Notes: generated by a model from the sequence alone, not told the origin. A stretch of 64,000 bases of DNA from Plasmodiophora brassicae (GCA_036867785.1 CP145412.1:744001-808000), one strand, 5' to 3'; counted from the first letter of the stretch, positions 11,201 to 22,667 are shown. Made by a program: numbers and translations.

Positions 11201-12165
11201 AACGTTGGCGCGTGCCTCATGATCTCCTGGAGCCACTGGCCAACAACGGCAGCGGGACAGACGACCAAAGTGGCGCGAACGCGGGGCAGGCCACCAGACG
11301 CAGACAGCCACTCGTCGTTGGCAGGATTCGCCAGGATCAACGCGACCTGCTCGACAGTTTTGCCCAGACCCATTGTCTGGCAGATCATCCCGCCCGGTAT
11401 ATCGTCAGGCGCAGCAGGGAAGCGATGATCGGTCAGCCTGCCTGTTGTCGGGTTGTAGTACAACCGCTGGGCGCCTTCTCCGTCGACGCTGTCGAACAAA
11501 CGCTCCTCGAACACTGGGTGCAATTCGGACAGGTCGTGCTCATTGCCGCCCGCCTCCCGTGAGACGGCCCACGAGACAGCCCTTCTCTGGAACGGCAGCA
11601 GCGTACAGTAAAGTCCAGGCGGGTCGGGGCATTCGTTGACGTGGGGCGGATGAATGCTGTCAAGGAACGCGCTGATATCATCGGGGCCGCCTTCATCACC
11701 AATCGCCACGGAACCATCCGGCCTGTCGACGACGAGCGACATCAGCCGTCGAACATGCGGGAACATCGTCTCCAGGTTCGGGTCAGGATCGTGGCAGAGA
11801 ATCCCGGAGAGCAACGTAATGCGGGCGTGATACGTGGCAGACGGCCAGGCAGAGTTCCACGAGAACTGGCAGTCGATCGACGACGTAGCCAGGAGCGATT
11901 TCAGCGACGTGAGAAGCGCCGCGACGTCATTGCCGGACATGCCCGCATTGTCGTTCGCGCCAGCGACGCCGTCGGCGAGGCACGCAAAGTCGCACGGCTG
12001 CGCGTCCGCGTGGCTGGCGCGGTCGCACGCATCCAGCTGGACGCGCCGGCGGCCGGAGCACTGCCAGGCGCGAAGCGACACGCAGGGCAGCGCCGCAATC
12101 GCCCGGGTCGCGTCCGCATTTGTTGGGCGGCGCCGCTTGCGGTCGGGCCGGCGCGGCTCCGCCAT
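8266..12165 (-). CDS. SNF2 helicase-RING E3 ligase (SHPRH/Rad5/IRC20-like)
   Basis: LLPFQRRAVSW, MGLGKT, WWRVVLDEAQ, MTGTP, C3HC4 RING CPIC..PCGHIFCSSC..CP, KSLVFSQW, QAINRIHRIGQ; intronless; first ATG at 12165. Confidence 0.93.
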   Translation of the reverse strand: MAEPRRPDRKRRRPTNADATRAIAALPCVSLRAWQCSGRRRVQLDACDRASHADAQPCDFACLADGVAGANDNAGMSGNDVAALLTSLKSLLATSSIDCQFSWNSAWPSATYHARITLLSGILCHDPDPNLETMFPHVRRLMSLVVDRPDGSVAIGDEGGPDDISAFLDSIHPPHVNECPDPPGLYCTLLPFQRRAVSWAVSREAGGNEHDLSELHPVFEERLFDSVDGEGAQRLYYNPTTGRLTDHRFPAAPDDIPGGMICQTMGLGKTVEQVALILANPANDEWLSASGGLPRVRATLVVCPAAVVGQWLQEIMRHAPTLRTLTLFANDPDLDLALLVDADIVLTTYEVVRLQRRYQESNRTERASRSDRNVTLPTPLLDVCWWRVVLDEAQRIASESATTDSAMRLESRHRWVMTGTPICRRLRDLSGLLGFLGHRPLGSRFWFDRLVERDRAHGMERLRRVLSTVMYRHGKASVENELDIPPMSLRTVKLALSDVEHIKYSKLMRKCKTIMMAPKMGAETRCARLRHLLLRLRKICCYPFLYDDGRRAEATAASVALPIIEIKARMCREAETELDVALRLYVKAQNNLGTAVALSGTDDERAQVVAKAAIETAEGVLSKILADRSGAPTGEQIDYIRSLTGRAFILEALGRVADAHSLFSQAIDLSDKQLATLLASVVPDADIDPSINGIDTDDDVALERAFDSCATRYTRCMFCLMTGVQTDDAIAGLREADAALSSWVALLNDDVVESIKETPQVMACMRGRLEVELRIPLRRRALLRDLIGLRVSVLERLVDLRNLSIVTEDDTGDIAAILEDCRSTFGLLTMDRSREEIGGIEDDGEDAEENFRRAALGANRQAIRLDSVTSDCLVLHGTITSGLVRVLEKLSDGDSSDLVTKLTGNLAMIGVVIGQEPAPVDARCSSWLSVMFASLRLLLFIRQQITGGDENDTIALQCWERCYAIREELPNAYRREFNAQEKTFEDARAKRTPPRLATIDIQRAEAEVRRAAAEHETRRHEFRYISQRFDVGVPSATIEGDNANPDDDICPICRGETMVPVVTPCGHIFCSSCLSSYMERSRASQCPLRCRNRFTFSDCLVVEDTPESVPSQVPLPESVPALPTVRLKSDYGAKINSLLTHLINIRNQDRLAKSLVFSQWTDLLDVIRDALIEHDIVCGQLRGDAQRKARCVEQFVHDDAVTVFLIPMAAGASGLTMVAARYAFIMEPNLNPNIEDQAINRIHRIGQKAPTEVIRFISSSTVEEHISAIQERRRALGDQDQKGIAPEVFDEAVLADIFR

Positions 12166-12310
12166 GCCGAAATGGACTCTGGCGGACTCCGACCAACCCG
12201 CGCGGCGGCACAGGCGCACGGCACGGATCCGCAGGCCGCGCCGCCGCTACATATCTCCCGGGGATCCGACTGCCGGGCACCTGCTGCGTTCCCCGGACCA
12301 GCGGGGACGG

Positions 12311-12552
12311 TAGGTGCTACATCCAAGTTCTTTAGGTGGTGAATCCACAATCTTGGGTGCGAGATTCTCAGTCTGGGTGATGTTTCCCGTATTCTAGGGT
12401 GGTGATGCTCAACCCTGGGTGCTATGTTCCAAACTCTAGGTGCTGTGTCCCAAACTCTAGGTGCTGAGTTCCAGTGGCTGGGTGTGACGTACCGTATTCT
12501 GCGGTGCTCAGTTCCAAAGTCTGGGTGACAAGTTCCTAGGTGCTCGAACCCT
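12311..12552. repeat. Degenerate ~21-bp tandem array, about 12 units
   Basis: Units such as TGGGTGCTATGTTCCAAACTC / TAGGTGCTGTGTCCCAAACTC / TAGGTGCTGAGTTCCAGTGGC. Confidence 0.75.
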
Positions 12553-12725
12553 TCCTCCCGACGCTGCTGGAATGATCACTGGACCCCGGGAAGAGGACCG
12601 CAGGTCTTGCCGTGGATTGCGCCGGCAGGGCCCCTTCGCCCATAGGAGGAAGGATACCGGGATCGTGAGGGGAAGGTGTCAATGTTCACCGAGGTCTAAC
12701 GTCGTTCTCGGTCAATAATAATGCC

Positions 12726-13190
12726 AACTGGGTCCGGCAATTGCAACGGCCTACAGAACGTCGACCCTGTCCATCACCTGACGGCAGCGCCGTATACGTG
12801 CCCGGGTGCCCCTCAAGCTGATAACCGGTGAGGCCCCGCCGTTCATAACTCTCCCTGCTCTCCAGAACAATGCCGCTGCTCCAGCGACGGTTGGGAAGCA
12901 CATGCTGTCTGCGCTTGCGCTACCTATTCTAACGGCTCTCAGGTGTCGGTCGACGTCCGACTACTGCAATGAACGGTTGCTGTGTTCAACGAGCCCTGGT
13001 CGGATGAGGCGCTCCCGCTACGGTTGGCGATGTGTCTGTCTTCAACTGGTGCGGGCTGGTCCCCTGGGTTTCCGCCACGCGTGACGATTCGGCGTTCCTG
13101 GAAGCCACCTTCGTCGCCTGTCCATCGTCCTGCCATAGCGGCGTCGTGGCGTTCTGCTCGCAGCAGAAAGCGTGTCATCGATACAGGAAC
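12726..13190 (+). pseudogene. Inverted, decayed partial copy of the CBM18-CE4 gene at 1406-2740
   Basis: Colinear with the reverse complement of about 1965-2480 (STSDYCNER, VFNWCG..PW..DDSAFLE); TGC>TGA stop, mutated intron donor, frameshifts and deletion. Confidence 0.88.
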
Positions 13191-13615
13191 CCAGTTCATA
13201 CCCCGATATGGAAGCGCCCTGACATATCCTATACCGCATGCTATGGCCCCTTACAGATTGCTGGACACACCTGTCTGCGTCGCATCATACGGTACCATAG
13301 ACGAGCACGTTTGAACGAGTATCGACAGCAGCCGCGTCTGGCAGCGACCAACGTGGTGTTCGAAGATGCTTATTGAGGAATTTCTGTGGAAGCCCGTCTA
13401 TGCCAAATGTTCTTGGAGCTCTGGGGCATGCGGCCGGTGGGGTTCACCACGCCCCAGCAGCGGAGCAGGCGGGTGACCGGCCAGATATCCGTTCAAGGGT
13501 ACATGGGGTACCGACGTCGATCCGTTTCCGATTCCAGTGCAACAGTACGGGCGGGGGCGGGGGGCGTTGCGACCCTGACGGGTGTACCTATCCATTGCCA
13601 TACTTGCCGTCGACC

Positions 13616-16294
13616 ATGACGATGTTGCTGCTGGCCGCCCTGCTGATCGCCACCGGCAACGCAAGGATCGCCATTGAAGACGCCCACCCGCGAGCGGTCG
13701 TCCTCCACGATAAGGTGATCGATACGCGGTCGCATCCCGAATTCCACCAGGAACCGCACCCGTCGTCCAGATTCCAAGGCCTATCCATCGGCGAGCGCCT
13801 GGACCATCCAAAGCCGTTCGCGTTCCTGGTCCACGTTGACCGCGACGCCATCGACGACTCCACCTTGTCGAACCTGCAGGGCAAGTACATCCCGCACAAC
13901 ACGTTCGTCGCGTTGGGCACCCATGCCGACGCCTTGGCGTTGCAGCAGACGCCCGGCGTGCTCTGGGTTGGGAACCTGCCCATCGACACGAAGATCTCGC
14001 CCACCATCACGCAGCCGCCGGCACCGGACGACCCGTTCCTGGAGCCCGTCGTCCCGTTGCCGACGGGCGCCAAGTTCACGTCGGGATCCAGCGCGCTCAA
14101 AGGCAATTCAGTGTCGGGAGCGGACAACGCCACCGCCGACTTCAGCTTGGTCGTCGAGCTGGCCCCGGTGATCGCGTTGGCGACGGGGCGCGATCAGGCG
14201 GCGACGATCGCGTCCACACTGCAGGCCAAGCTGACCTCGCTGCTGGCCTACCCGGTCCCGGTTACCGTGATTCGCGCCGATCGCCTCCTGGTGGTCGTTC
14301 GCGCCGAGCCCGACCTGCAAGCCGCGTCGCTGGTGATCGCCGACGACCCCCAGGTCCTGTTCGTCGAGCGTCGCCTGGCGCCGAAGAAGCTGAACCGATG
14401 GGCGCGGGGCATCCTGCAGGACGGCCTGGTGCAATCGGCCAACTATGCATCGCGCACGGGGCTGTTGTCGTGGGACCACAACCTGCTCGGCGACGGGCAG
14501 ATCATCGGCGTCGCCGACAGCGGCATCGACACGAAGCACTGCTTCTTCGCGGACGCCTACCGACCGGTCCCGTTCGTGCCGTACACGGGCGCGGCGACGG
14601 CGTCGAGCACCTCGTCGTCGTCCAACCTGCTCGCGCGCAAGATCGTGCAGTACGTCACGTACGCGGACGCCAGCGACGATGCAGAAGGGCACGGCACGCA
14701 CGTCGCAGGGACGATCGGCGGGTCGCCGCCGACGCCCGGCACGACGTACGACCCGTACGTGGGCATGGCACCCAACAGCAAGATTGCGTTCTTCGACATT
14801 GGGCACTCGGACGGGACGCTGACGATACCCGACGACCTGACGTCGCCGTTCCTCGGCTGGGCGTACGTGGCGGGCGCCCGGATCCACTCCAACAGCTGGG
14901 GCGTGTCGACACCGTACTACACGGCCAACGCCCGCGACTTCGACCTGTTCATGTACGAGCACAAGGACATGGTCGTCGTGGTCGCCGCCGGCAACGACGG
15001 CAGCTGCGACGGGCAGACGACCGTGAACAGCCCGTCGTCGGCGAAGAACGTCGTCTCGGTCGGCGCCACGATGACGAACGCGGACAACTACGCCTACACC
15101 GGCCTGCAGCCGCCGTACTACGCCAGCGACCCGGGCCTGTTCACGTCGAACAACCTGGCCATGTTCTCGTCGCGAGGCCCGACGCCCGACCTGCGCATCA
15201 AGCCCGACATCGTGGCCCCCGGGTTCAACACGATCTCGGCGCGTACCCCAGGGCAGAACGCGTGCGGGCAACCGCTGTCCAGCGTGCTGACCTCCAAGTC
15301 GGGTACGTCGATGGCAACGCCCGCCGTTGCCGGCCACCTGGCCCTCATTCGCCAGTACTTCGTCGACGGGTATTACCCGACGGGCACGAAGACGCCGTCG
15401 AACGCGTTGTCGCCGTCGGGGTCGCTGGTCAAGGCAGTCGCGATCGCGGGCGCCGTCGCCCTGACAGGCGGACGCCTGATTGACGACACGATGGTGTCGC
15501 GAACGCCAAAGTGCCCGAACCCGGCGTACGCCTCGGTGGCGCACGTTCCCGGCATCGACCAGGGATGGGGGCGCCTGGAGCTGAGCACCGTCCTGCCATT
15601 CGCGCCGGCAGCGACGTTCGGCATGCTGCTGCTGGGCACCGATCGGAGGAACGCGGCCACGTTCGGCGACATCTCGATCAGGAACCGGCAGACGCACACG
15701 TACCGCCTGTGTGCCATGCCGTCCAAGGCGGCGCCCGCCATCAAGATCGCCCTGGTGTGGACCGACCCGCCGGCACAGCCTGTAAGCGGCATCCAGCTCG
15801 TCAACAACCTCGACCTGCAGGTCACGTTCCAGAACGCGGTTCACTGGGGCAACGCCGGCGCCTACGTCAGCGTCGGCCCCGACGTTCGCAACCCGGTCGA
15901 AGTCGTGACGCTGTCGGCACCGGCGACGTCCCCGGCCGACCTGCAGGTCACCGTCATCGCCAGCGGCATCAACGTCGGCGCCTCCCAGCCCTACAGCCTC
16001 GTCGTCACCGGCTTCGTATTCCCATCGTCGTGCGCGACGACGAAAGACATCGGCAACGTCACGCTGAGCGCCATGATGGACGGCGCCGCGCCGGGCCTGA
16101 AACCGGTCGTACACGGCGACCCGTCCGACAGGCCCGCCTCCTTCCTCCTCCTCGTCCTCGCGTTCCTCGCCGCCGTCATCACCCTGATCGCCGTCGTCGC
16201 CGTCATCAGCGCCCGTTTCGCGCGCACCCGGAAGCGCCAGCCCCCTCCTGCCGTCCAGCACACCGTTGCCCAGGCGCCCGCCCAGACGATCTGA
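13616..16294 (+). CDS. Subtilisin S8 serine protease (KP-43/TagC-like) with signal peptide and C-terminal TM helix
   Basis: VADSGID, GHGTHVAGT, IHSNSWG, AAGNDG, SSRGP...RIKPDIVAPG, SGTSMATP, LVWTDPP..LVNNLDL; TM FLLLVLAFLAAVITLIAVVAVI. Confidence 0.95.
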   Translation: MTMLLLAALLIATGNARIAIEDAHPRAVVLHDKVIDTRSHPEFHQEPHPSSRFQGLSIGERLDHPKPFAFLVHVDRDAIDDSTLSNLQGKYIPHNTFVALGTHADALALQQTPGVLWVGNLPIDTKISPTITQPPAPDDPFLEPVVPLPTGAKFTSGSSALKGNSVSGADNATADFSLVVELAPVIALATGRDQAATIASTLQAKLTSLLAYPVPVTVIRADRLLVVVRAEPDLQAASLVIADDPQVLFVERRLAPKKLNRWARGILQDGLVQSANYASRTGLLSWDHNLLGDGQIIGVADSGIDTKHCFFADAYRPVPFVPYTGAATASSTSSSSNLLARKIVQYVTYADASDDAEGHGTHVAGTIGGSPPTPGTTYDPYVGMAPNSKIAFFDIGHSDGTLTIPDDLTSPFLGWAYVAGARIHSNSWGVSTPYYTANARDFDLFMYEHKDMVVVVAAGNDGSCDGQTTVNSPSSAKNVVSVGATMTNADNYAYTGLQPPYYASDPGLFTSNNLAMFSSRGPTPDLRIKPDIVAPGFNTISARTPGQNACGQPLSSVLTSKSGTSMATPAVAGHLALIRQYFVDGYYPTGTKTPSNALSPSGSLVKAVAIAGAVALTGGRLIDDTMVSRTPKCPNPAYASVAHVPGIDQGWGRLELSTVLPFAPAATFGMLLLGTDRRNAATFGDISIRNRQTHTYRLCAMPSKAAPAIKIALVWTDPPAQPVSGIQLVNNLDLQVTFQNAVHWGNAGAYVSVGPDVRNPVEVVTLSAPATSPADLQVTVIASGINVGASQPYSLVVTGFVFPSSCATTKDIGNVTLSAMMDGAAPGLKPVVHGDPSDRPASFLLLVLAFLAAVITLIAVVAVISARFARTRKRQPPPAVQHTVAQAPAQTI

Positions 16295-16713
16295 CCCCCT
16301 CTCTCTCCCTTGCCATGCCCTTATCGGGCCCCCTCGTCATGCCATCAATAAACCAGCATTGGACGACGTGTGACCCTCTGACAACAGATGGCAGAGGTGC
16401 GATTCGGGCGCGTATCAGCAATGTAACCGGGTGCCGCGTGCACGATGACGACGAGCGGCCGCGTCCGTTTCCCCAGGTAACGTTGTCGCCGGGGGGAGGG
16501 GAGGAGGAGGAGGACGCCTCCCGTCCCGTCCCCCGGTCCGGCTGCGCCCGAACGTCACACTTGCCCAACCGTCAGGCGCGGGTCGTTGGTCCCAGACGCA
16601 GCGCGCGCCTGATGTTAGACGGTCATCAGCATCATCAGGCCCAGGGCGGCGGCGGGTTCGGATACCGGCAGATCGATCGGGACGACCGGTGTACCGCCAG
16701 TCGGTATCGGACG

Positions 16714-18284
16714 ATGGGCGTCGCGGCCGTTCTGCTGACGGGCCTGGCCGTCTGGGCGATCGGCGTGGCCAGCGGCGTCGATCGCAACGGGCGGTACGCC
16801 GGCAGGCCGATCCCGGACGGCCCCAACGGACGCGTCCTGGTGTTCAGCGACGAGTTCGACGCGCTGGATACGTATAAATGGCAACACGAAGTGACGCTCG
16901 GCGGCGGTGGCAAGTAAGTACAGAGGTCGTCGGCCCAGCGCCAGGATCTGACATGCTGTCCAACAGCTGGGAGTTCCAGCTCTACTCGAACAACCGCAGC
17001 AACAGCTACACGAGAGACGGGTATGGATGGGCGTGCCAGGTCCTGTCAGGCGTCTGACGAGCCGGTGCAGGATCCTGTACCTTCGTCCAACGCTGACGGC
17101 CGACATGATCGGGGAAGCGAACGTCAGGAGCGGGTACACGATGGACCTGTGGGGCAACGAGCCCGGCAACCTGTGCACAGGCAACGCGTTCTACGGGTGC
17201 CAGCGCACGAGCGGCGCCGGCGGGAACTACCTTAACCCGATCATGTCGGCGCGCCTGCGCTCCTCGCGAAGCTTCCATTTCAAGTACGGGCGCGTCGAGG
17301 TTCGCGCCAAGCTTCCCAGAGGCGACTGGATCTGGCCCGCCATCTGGTTCCTGCCGCAGTGTACGTGCATCACGACACGCGACGTACGGCTCCTAGTTTG
17401 ACGACTTGGCGGCCGCCGCCCATCAGGGTCTGCCTATGGTCAGTGGCCAGCGAGCGGGGAGATCGACATGATCGAATCACGCGGCAACGCCGACTATCCA
17501 CCGGGCCTTGGCGTTGATACAGCGGGTACGTGAGGGCGGCGGGTGTGCGCCCGCCGATGGGGTCCTGATGGTTCGTGGCATGGCGTACAGCGACGACGTT
17601 GCACTGGGGTCCATGGGCTGCGGAAGACCAATGGCCGAAGACGCACGGGTCGTACACGCTGCCAAAGGGGACGTACGCCGATGATTTCCATTTGTTCGTC
17701 ATGGAGTGGTCAGAGAGCCGCCTGACAACGTACGTCGACACGCCTGACAACATCATGCTCGACGTCCACTGGAACAGTGAGGCGGCATCATTGCGTCGTT
17801 ACGATCGGTCGCTGTGTGCTGACCGTGTGGCTCAGAGACCGGGCACTGGGAGTTTGGTGGTTGGGACGACGACCCACGAATGAAGAACCCATGGGAGGGT
17901 CGAGGTTCGAACGCGCCTTTCGATCAGGAGGTTGGCCTGGGTACGAGCAGGCGTGAGGCGACCGTCGACTGACGATGTTACCGTTGGACAGTTCTTCATG
18001 ATCATGAACGTTGCTGTCGGCGGAACGAACACATACTTCGAGGATGGCGTCGGCGGTAAACCTTGGGTGAATTCGGACCAGCACTCGGTCAACAAGTTCT
18101 GGGACGCGAAGGACCAGTGGCTGCCCACATGGGACGGGGAGGACGCGGCGATGAAGGTCGCGATGACGTTGCTGGCGCTCTGCGGTACGCTTAACTGTCT
18201 GCACAGGTGGACTACGTCCGCATCTATCAGGCGAAGGAGCACATCAAGGTGACCAAGTACCATCCGGCCGTCGAGTTCGTCTAA
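16714..18284 (+). CDS. GH16 beta-1,3-glucanase / beta-glucan-binding protein, secreted, multi-exon
   Basis: Signal peptide, LVFSDEFD, FKYGRVEVRAKLPRGDWIWPAIWFLP, WPASGEIDMIESRGN (intact EIDxxE), APFDQ, MNVAVGGTN, VDYVRIYQ. Confidence 0.95.
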
Positions 18285-18477
18285 CTCGTACCCGGCGACG
18301 TTCACGTGTCACATGGGCCAATCTGCGACAGCTCCGTCTGTATTAAAAACGAGATCGTCCATTACTGAGTGTCTACTGCTGGACGACCGGCGTCGTCATG
18401 TAACGTTTGGGAACGGGCACAGCGAGTCGGGAGAGGAGAACAGTCGCGCGCGGCCCATCGGTGAATCGTCCCAGCCC

Positions 18478-19248
18478 ATGAGCGCCGGGCCCCGTTCCCT
18501 CATGCAGGAATGGCGAACGCAGTCGTCTCGAACTGTGCTCGAGTTCGGCAAGTTCGGATCGGTGGAATCCCATACGGTCCAGGTGCCCGATGGCACCGTC
18601 ATCGAGGACTGGATATGGTTCAAGGTCCGGCACGATCTGATCGAAATGTCGTCGGACGACACTGACACGGTCTGGCAGACGCCTTCCTTTGTGAACGTAC
18701 TGGCTCGTGATAACGAGCTTCGAAAATGGGTCGTGTTCAGGCAAGTGAAGTACGGGATATCGGTGGCCATGGGCGGGGAGACCCTTGCCTCTGTGGGCGG
18801 GTATATCGAGCAAGGTGAAGATCCGCTCGATGCCGCCAAGCGCGAGCTTCAAGAGGAGCTGGGCTACACATCTGACAACTGGGTCGCGCTTACGCCTTCA
18901 GGGATAGTTGCAGGTAGCGGGTATCGTTGTCACCGAAGGCAGCCTCTCGTGACAGCAACGACTGGGATCAGATTGCAATCGCGGCTGCGGTGTGGGATAC
19001 CTGTTCCTGGCATTGGATGCTGTGCAGGTGGAGCGTTTGGCCAGCCATGACGACCTGGAGGAGATGCACGTGGAGTACCTGTCGACCGACGAACTGGCGT
19101 GCGCATTGCATTCAGGTCTGTCCCACCTCCTCCGGTTCTGCGTTCTGCCCTGACGAGCCCTTCGTCATCAGGTCAGTTCAAGGGGCTGTCCTGGGCGCAT
19201 GTGGTGTCCCTGGCGCTCCTCTACAGCGCCAAACATAACCTTACGTAG
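18478..19248 (+). CDS. NUDIX hydrolase (ADP-ribose pyrophosphatase-like), multi-exon
   Basis: Nudix box GGYIEQGEDPLDAAKRELQEELGY; start uncertain. Confidence 0.85.
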
Positions 19249-19547
19249 TATCACGTACGTACATACGATAAACATCACAATGAACAGCTCGCAGAGACAT
19301 TGGTGACAGGTTCAGCGCCAGTATGTGCCTGAGGCATTCAGCAACTGTCAGTAAACTGGCGTCTGGGGACTCCAGAGCGTGCACGCATGGAGCGGTTTAG
19401 TCTCATGGCATGCCGGTGGTGTATTAAGCGATTTGGCGTATTCGGCTGCCAGCCATCTGCATTGCCAAACGCGGGCGGCACGGGCTCAGAAGGCAACGAC
19501 AGTGGCGCCCACACAGGAGCGAGACGTGTCGTTGTGAGCAAAGCCAC

Positions 19548-21625
19548 TCATTGAGGTGACAGTGCGTCTAGTGATGTTTCCGAATCCACTGCCCGCACGA
19601 CGACTGGTTCGATCGAAGCCCGATCGTCGCGCGCCATCTCGATCAGCGAACGGGCAAGGCCCCACTCCGATGCCTTCACAAGCTCGATCAGCAGACCGTT
19701 GTACATAGCGCCAGAGATTCGTCGCCGGGTTTCCGGCTTGCTCCTGTATGCAACGACACACGCCACAGCGGCGTCGTATTGGCGCGTGCTGACGTACAAA
19801 CGAACGAACTTCTCGAAGGCCTTGTAGCCGACGGCCGCATGCTGCCTGATCTTATCCAGCACATCGGTTGACTCGCGTAGAACGGAGGCGTTCGTGCCGC
19901 ACATGTCCAGCAGGCATACGAGCGAGTTCTTGTCGGGAAGCACCTACATGCAATAATCGTTCGGTCAACGGGTAAGATCCCATCATGGATGCATCAGACA
20001 TGCCTTGTCTTCAAACAGCATCTGGCGAAGAAGCGACATGGCGTCGAACTGGTTCCGATCCTTCGCTGCCATCATCACGTAGTTGTACGCGCGGGTCATG
20101 TTCGGCTCGGGGCCCGTAAACAATCGCAGCCGAGCCACGTTCCGAAGCTGAGACAGGACGAAGGCAGCGCGATCAAAGTCCCGGTCCAGGGCAAGACAGC
20201 TGATGACCTGGACGTAATGCGACGGCGTTGGCCTCAGCTCCCCGAACTTGCAGGACACCGGCAGAAGACTCGGGGCTTGCTCTGGAGACAGGCCGCGCAA
20301 GCAACTCAGCAGAGCGCCAACCGACTGGTGGTCGACGCGTGCTGGCCCATTCTGAAGTTCCCGGAACATGGAGATAATCTGCTCGCGACGCTCGCGCCAG
20401 AACCGCTTATACAGCGCCAGGATCGGTGGCATGTCCTCCGACGTGAAGTGGACCTTCCAGTGCCGCAACGCGGATTCAATGGCGGCCAGATGCGTCGTCC
20501 TGGATCGCTGCCCTGATGGATTCCGGCTGCATGCTGCCAGCAGATGCAGTGCCCGACGGGAGGTGATCGGGATGCCGAGCGAGTCGAGTTGGACGGCAAC
20601 CCGCAAGGCGGCATCGGGGATCCCGGCCATGCCTAGAACTCGCAGGGCCGCATCCCCCAAACCGCTCGTCATCTCGAACGGCCCTCGGGCTAGCTGATCC
20701 GCCAGCGCGCGAATCGCATTGCGACACGACGGTTCCAGCAATTGCTGTGGGCGTGCGTGAGACAGCGACTGGAACATGGTCGCAAACGTGCCCGGGACGG
20801 GGACCATGCCGTGTTGCACGGCCATGTTAAACGCAGCGATGAGGTCGCCCGGATTGCGAACAACGACGAACGACAGGGCGGTCCGAAACTGGTCCGGCGC
20901 AATCGTCAGGGAATGCTGTCGGGCGATAGCGAACGCGTCGACGACGACGTCGTTCCGGCCGTACTTCAGCCCAGCATGAACGGCCACTGGCAGGGCGCGC
21001 TGCATGGCCGCCTCCGAGTCGATGCACTTGCGCAGAGCGCCAACGACGTCCCCGTTCACGCGGGAGGCGCACACGACCAGATGGACCAACGTGTCGGGGC
21101 GGACGGATGAAGGAACGCGACGGAGAAGGCCCGAGAACGCGGTCGTTGACGTGCACCCATCCAGCGCATCACGAAACGTGACTTCGGGGTCAGGGCCAGA
21201 CAGCAACCCTTGGAGGGCTCTCCGAGTCGAGCGGTCGATCGGGGACGGCCCCAGGAGGATAGACCGTATGGCGCTGTCGGGCAGGGCACACCCGGTATCG
21301 GCCCATTTGAACACGGTGTCGACGGCCCGGGACACCTGCCCGGCGCCCGTGAACGCCTCGACGAGCGACGCGAACGGGGGCGCGCCGCGCTCAGATAGCA
21401 CGTCGAACGCCATCTGAGCGCATTCCACGTCGCGTGACGCCACCGCGTAATCCATGATCCTAGGCCATACAAACGCTTGTCAGCGAGCCGGCCTGCATCG
21501 GCGTCGGCGCGCCGACCATACGCGGCCAGCGCATCGGATTCAAGCAGAGCCCCGCGCCGAACGATAACGTCGATATGCCGCGCTACGACAGCGCTCAGCG
21601 AGCGCGTCGACGCGTGCGCATGCAT
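19548..21625 (-). CDS. Alpha-solenoid, degenerate PPR-like protein
   Basis: PPR-like segments (PPFASLVEAFTGAGQVSRAVD, PSHYVQVISCLALDRDFDRA, AMYNGLLIELVKASEWGLA); 5' end uncertain. Confidence 0.55.
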
Positions 21626-21811
21626 TGCACGGCCGGGCGCGCGTCGCCGCCGGACGGGAGACGGCGCGCGGACCCCCCGAAATCGTCGCAATGCGAACTA
21701 ACGCTCGACGCCGTTGTATTGAGTGGCGAATGGCCACGCGCGAGCCGACTTTATAGAGGAATGGTGGTGGTGGTGATGGATGATGGTACGATGATGGGCG
21801 CCCTACCGAAG

Positions 21812-22667
21812 TCACTTGAGGGCGCTCAGGATTTCGCCCTTGACGACATCCTGCGACTTGGACGCATCGATCGTGACGATCTTGTCCTTGTAGTACGCCA
21901 GGACGGGGGACGTCTGCTCGTGGTAGGCCGCGAGGCGTTTCGTGAGCGTCGTGGCGTTGTCGTCGCTTCGTTGGACGAGTGGTTCCCCGGTGATGTCATC
22001 CTTGCCGGGAACCTTGGGCGGTGCAAACTCGACGTGGTACGATCGGCCGCTGCCCGGATGGATGCGACGTCCCGTGATACGGCGGACGAGCAGGTCGTCC
22101 TCGATCTCGAAGTGGATGACCTTGTCGATCGATTGGTGCTTCTCGGCCAGCAACGCATCCAGCTTCTTGGCCTGTTCGACGGTTCGCGGGAACCCGTCCA
22201 GGAGGAACCCCTTCTTGCAGGCAGGTGACGAAAGATTCTCGGCAATGATGCCAACGACAATATCGTCACTGACGAGGCCGCCCGCATCCATGACCTATCG
22301 TAAACAGCAGCCTAGTAAGCGAACGCCGCCATTCTGGAGCGAATCGCGAGTACAAACAGCTTTAGCAGCCTTGCCGGCGGCAGTGCCAGCAGCAACCGCA
22401 GCCCGAAGCATGTCACCGGTGGCCAGATGGCCAACACAGTACTCGTCCTTGATGTGCTGCGCCTGCGACCCCTTCCCCGATCCAGGAGGCCCTGATTGCA
22501 CTCGTAAGGAAACGCCAGTGACAGCACGCGATCCCATCAGCGCCAGGGTTACCGATGAAGATAATCCGTCTCTCCGGTGCGCTCAAACACTTCCATCGCT
22601 TCTTGACGACCTCGAGCAGCGTCTCCGTGGAGTACTCATCCAGCGTCGGGAGCGGAGCAGTTGCCAT
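21812..22667 (-). CDS. ADK: Adenylate kinase (long LID, AK2/ADK1-type), 3 exons
   Basis: [50 protein letters not shown]. Confidence 0.96.

Noticed and set aside
13373-13615. N-terminal extension of the subtilisin ORF
   Set aside because: Non-ATG start; the signal peptide begins at ATG 13616
14108-16261. 717-aa antisense ORF over the subtilisin (likewise 179-1219, 50378-51742, 57980-59593)
   Set aside because: Shadow ORFs caused by high GC3 codon bias in a real gene; no motifs
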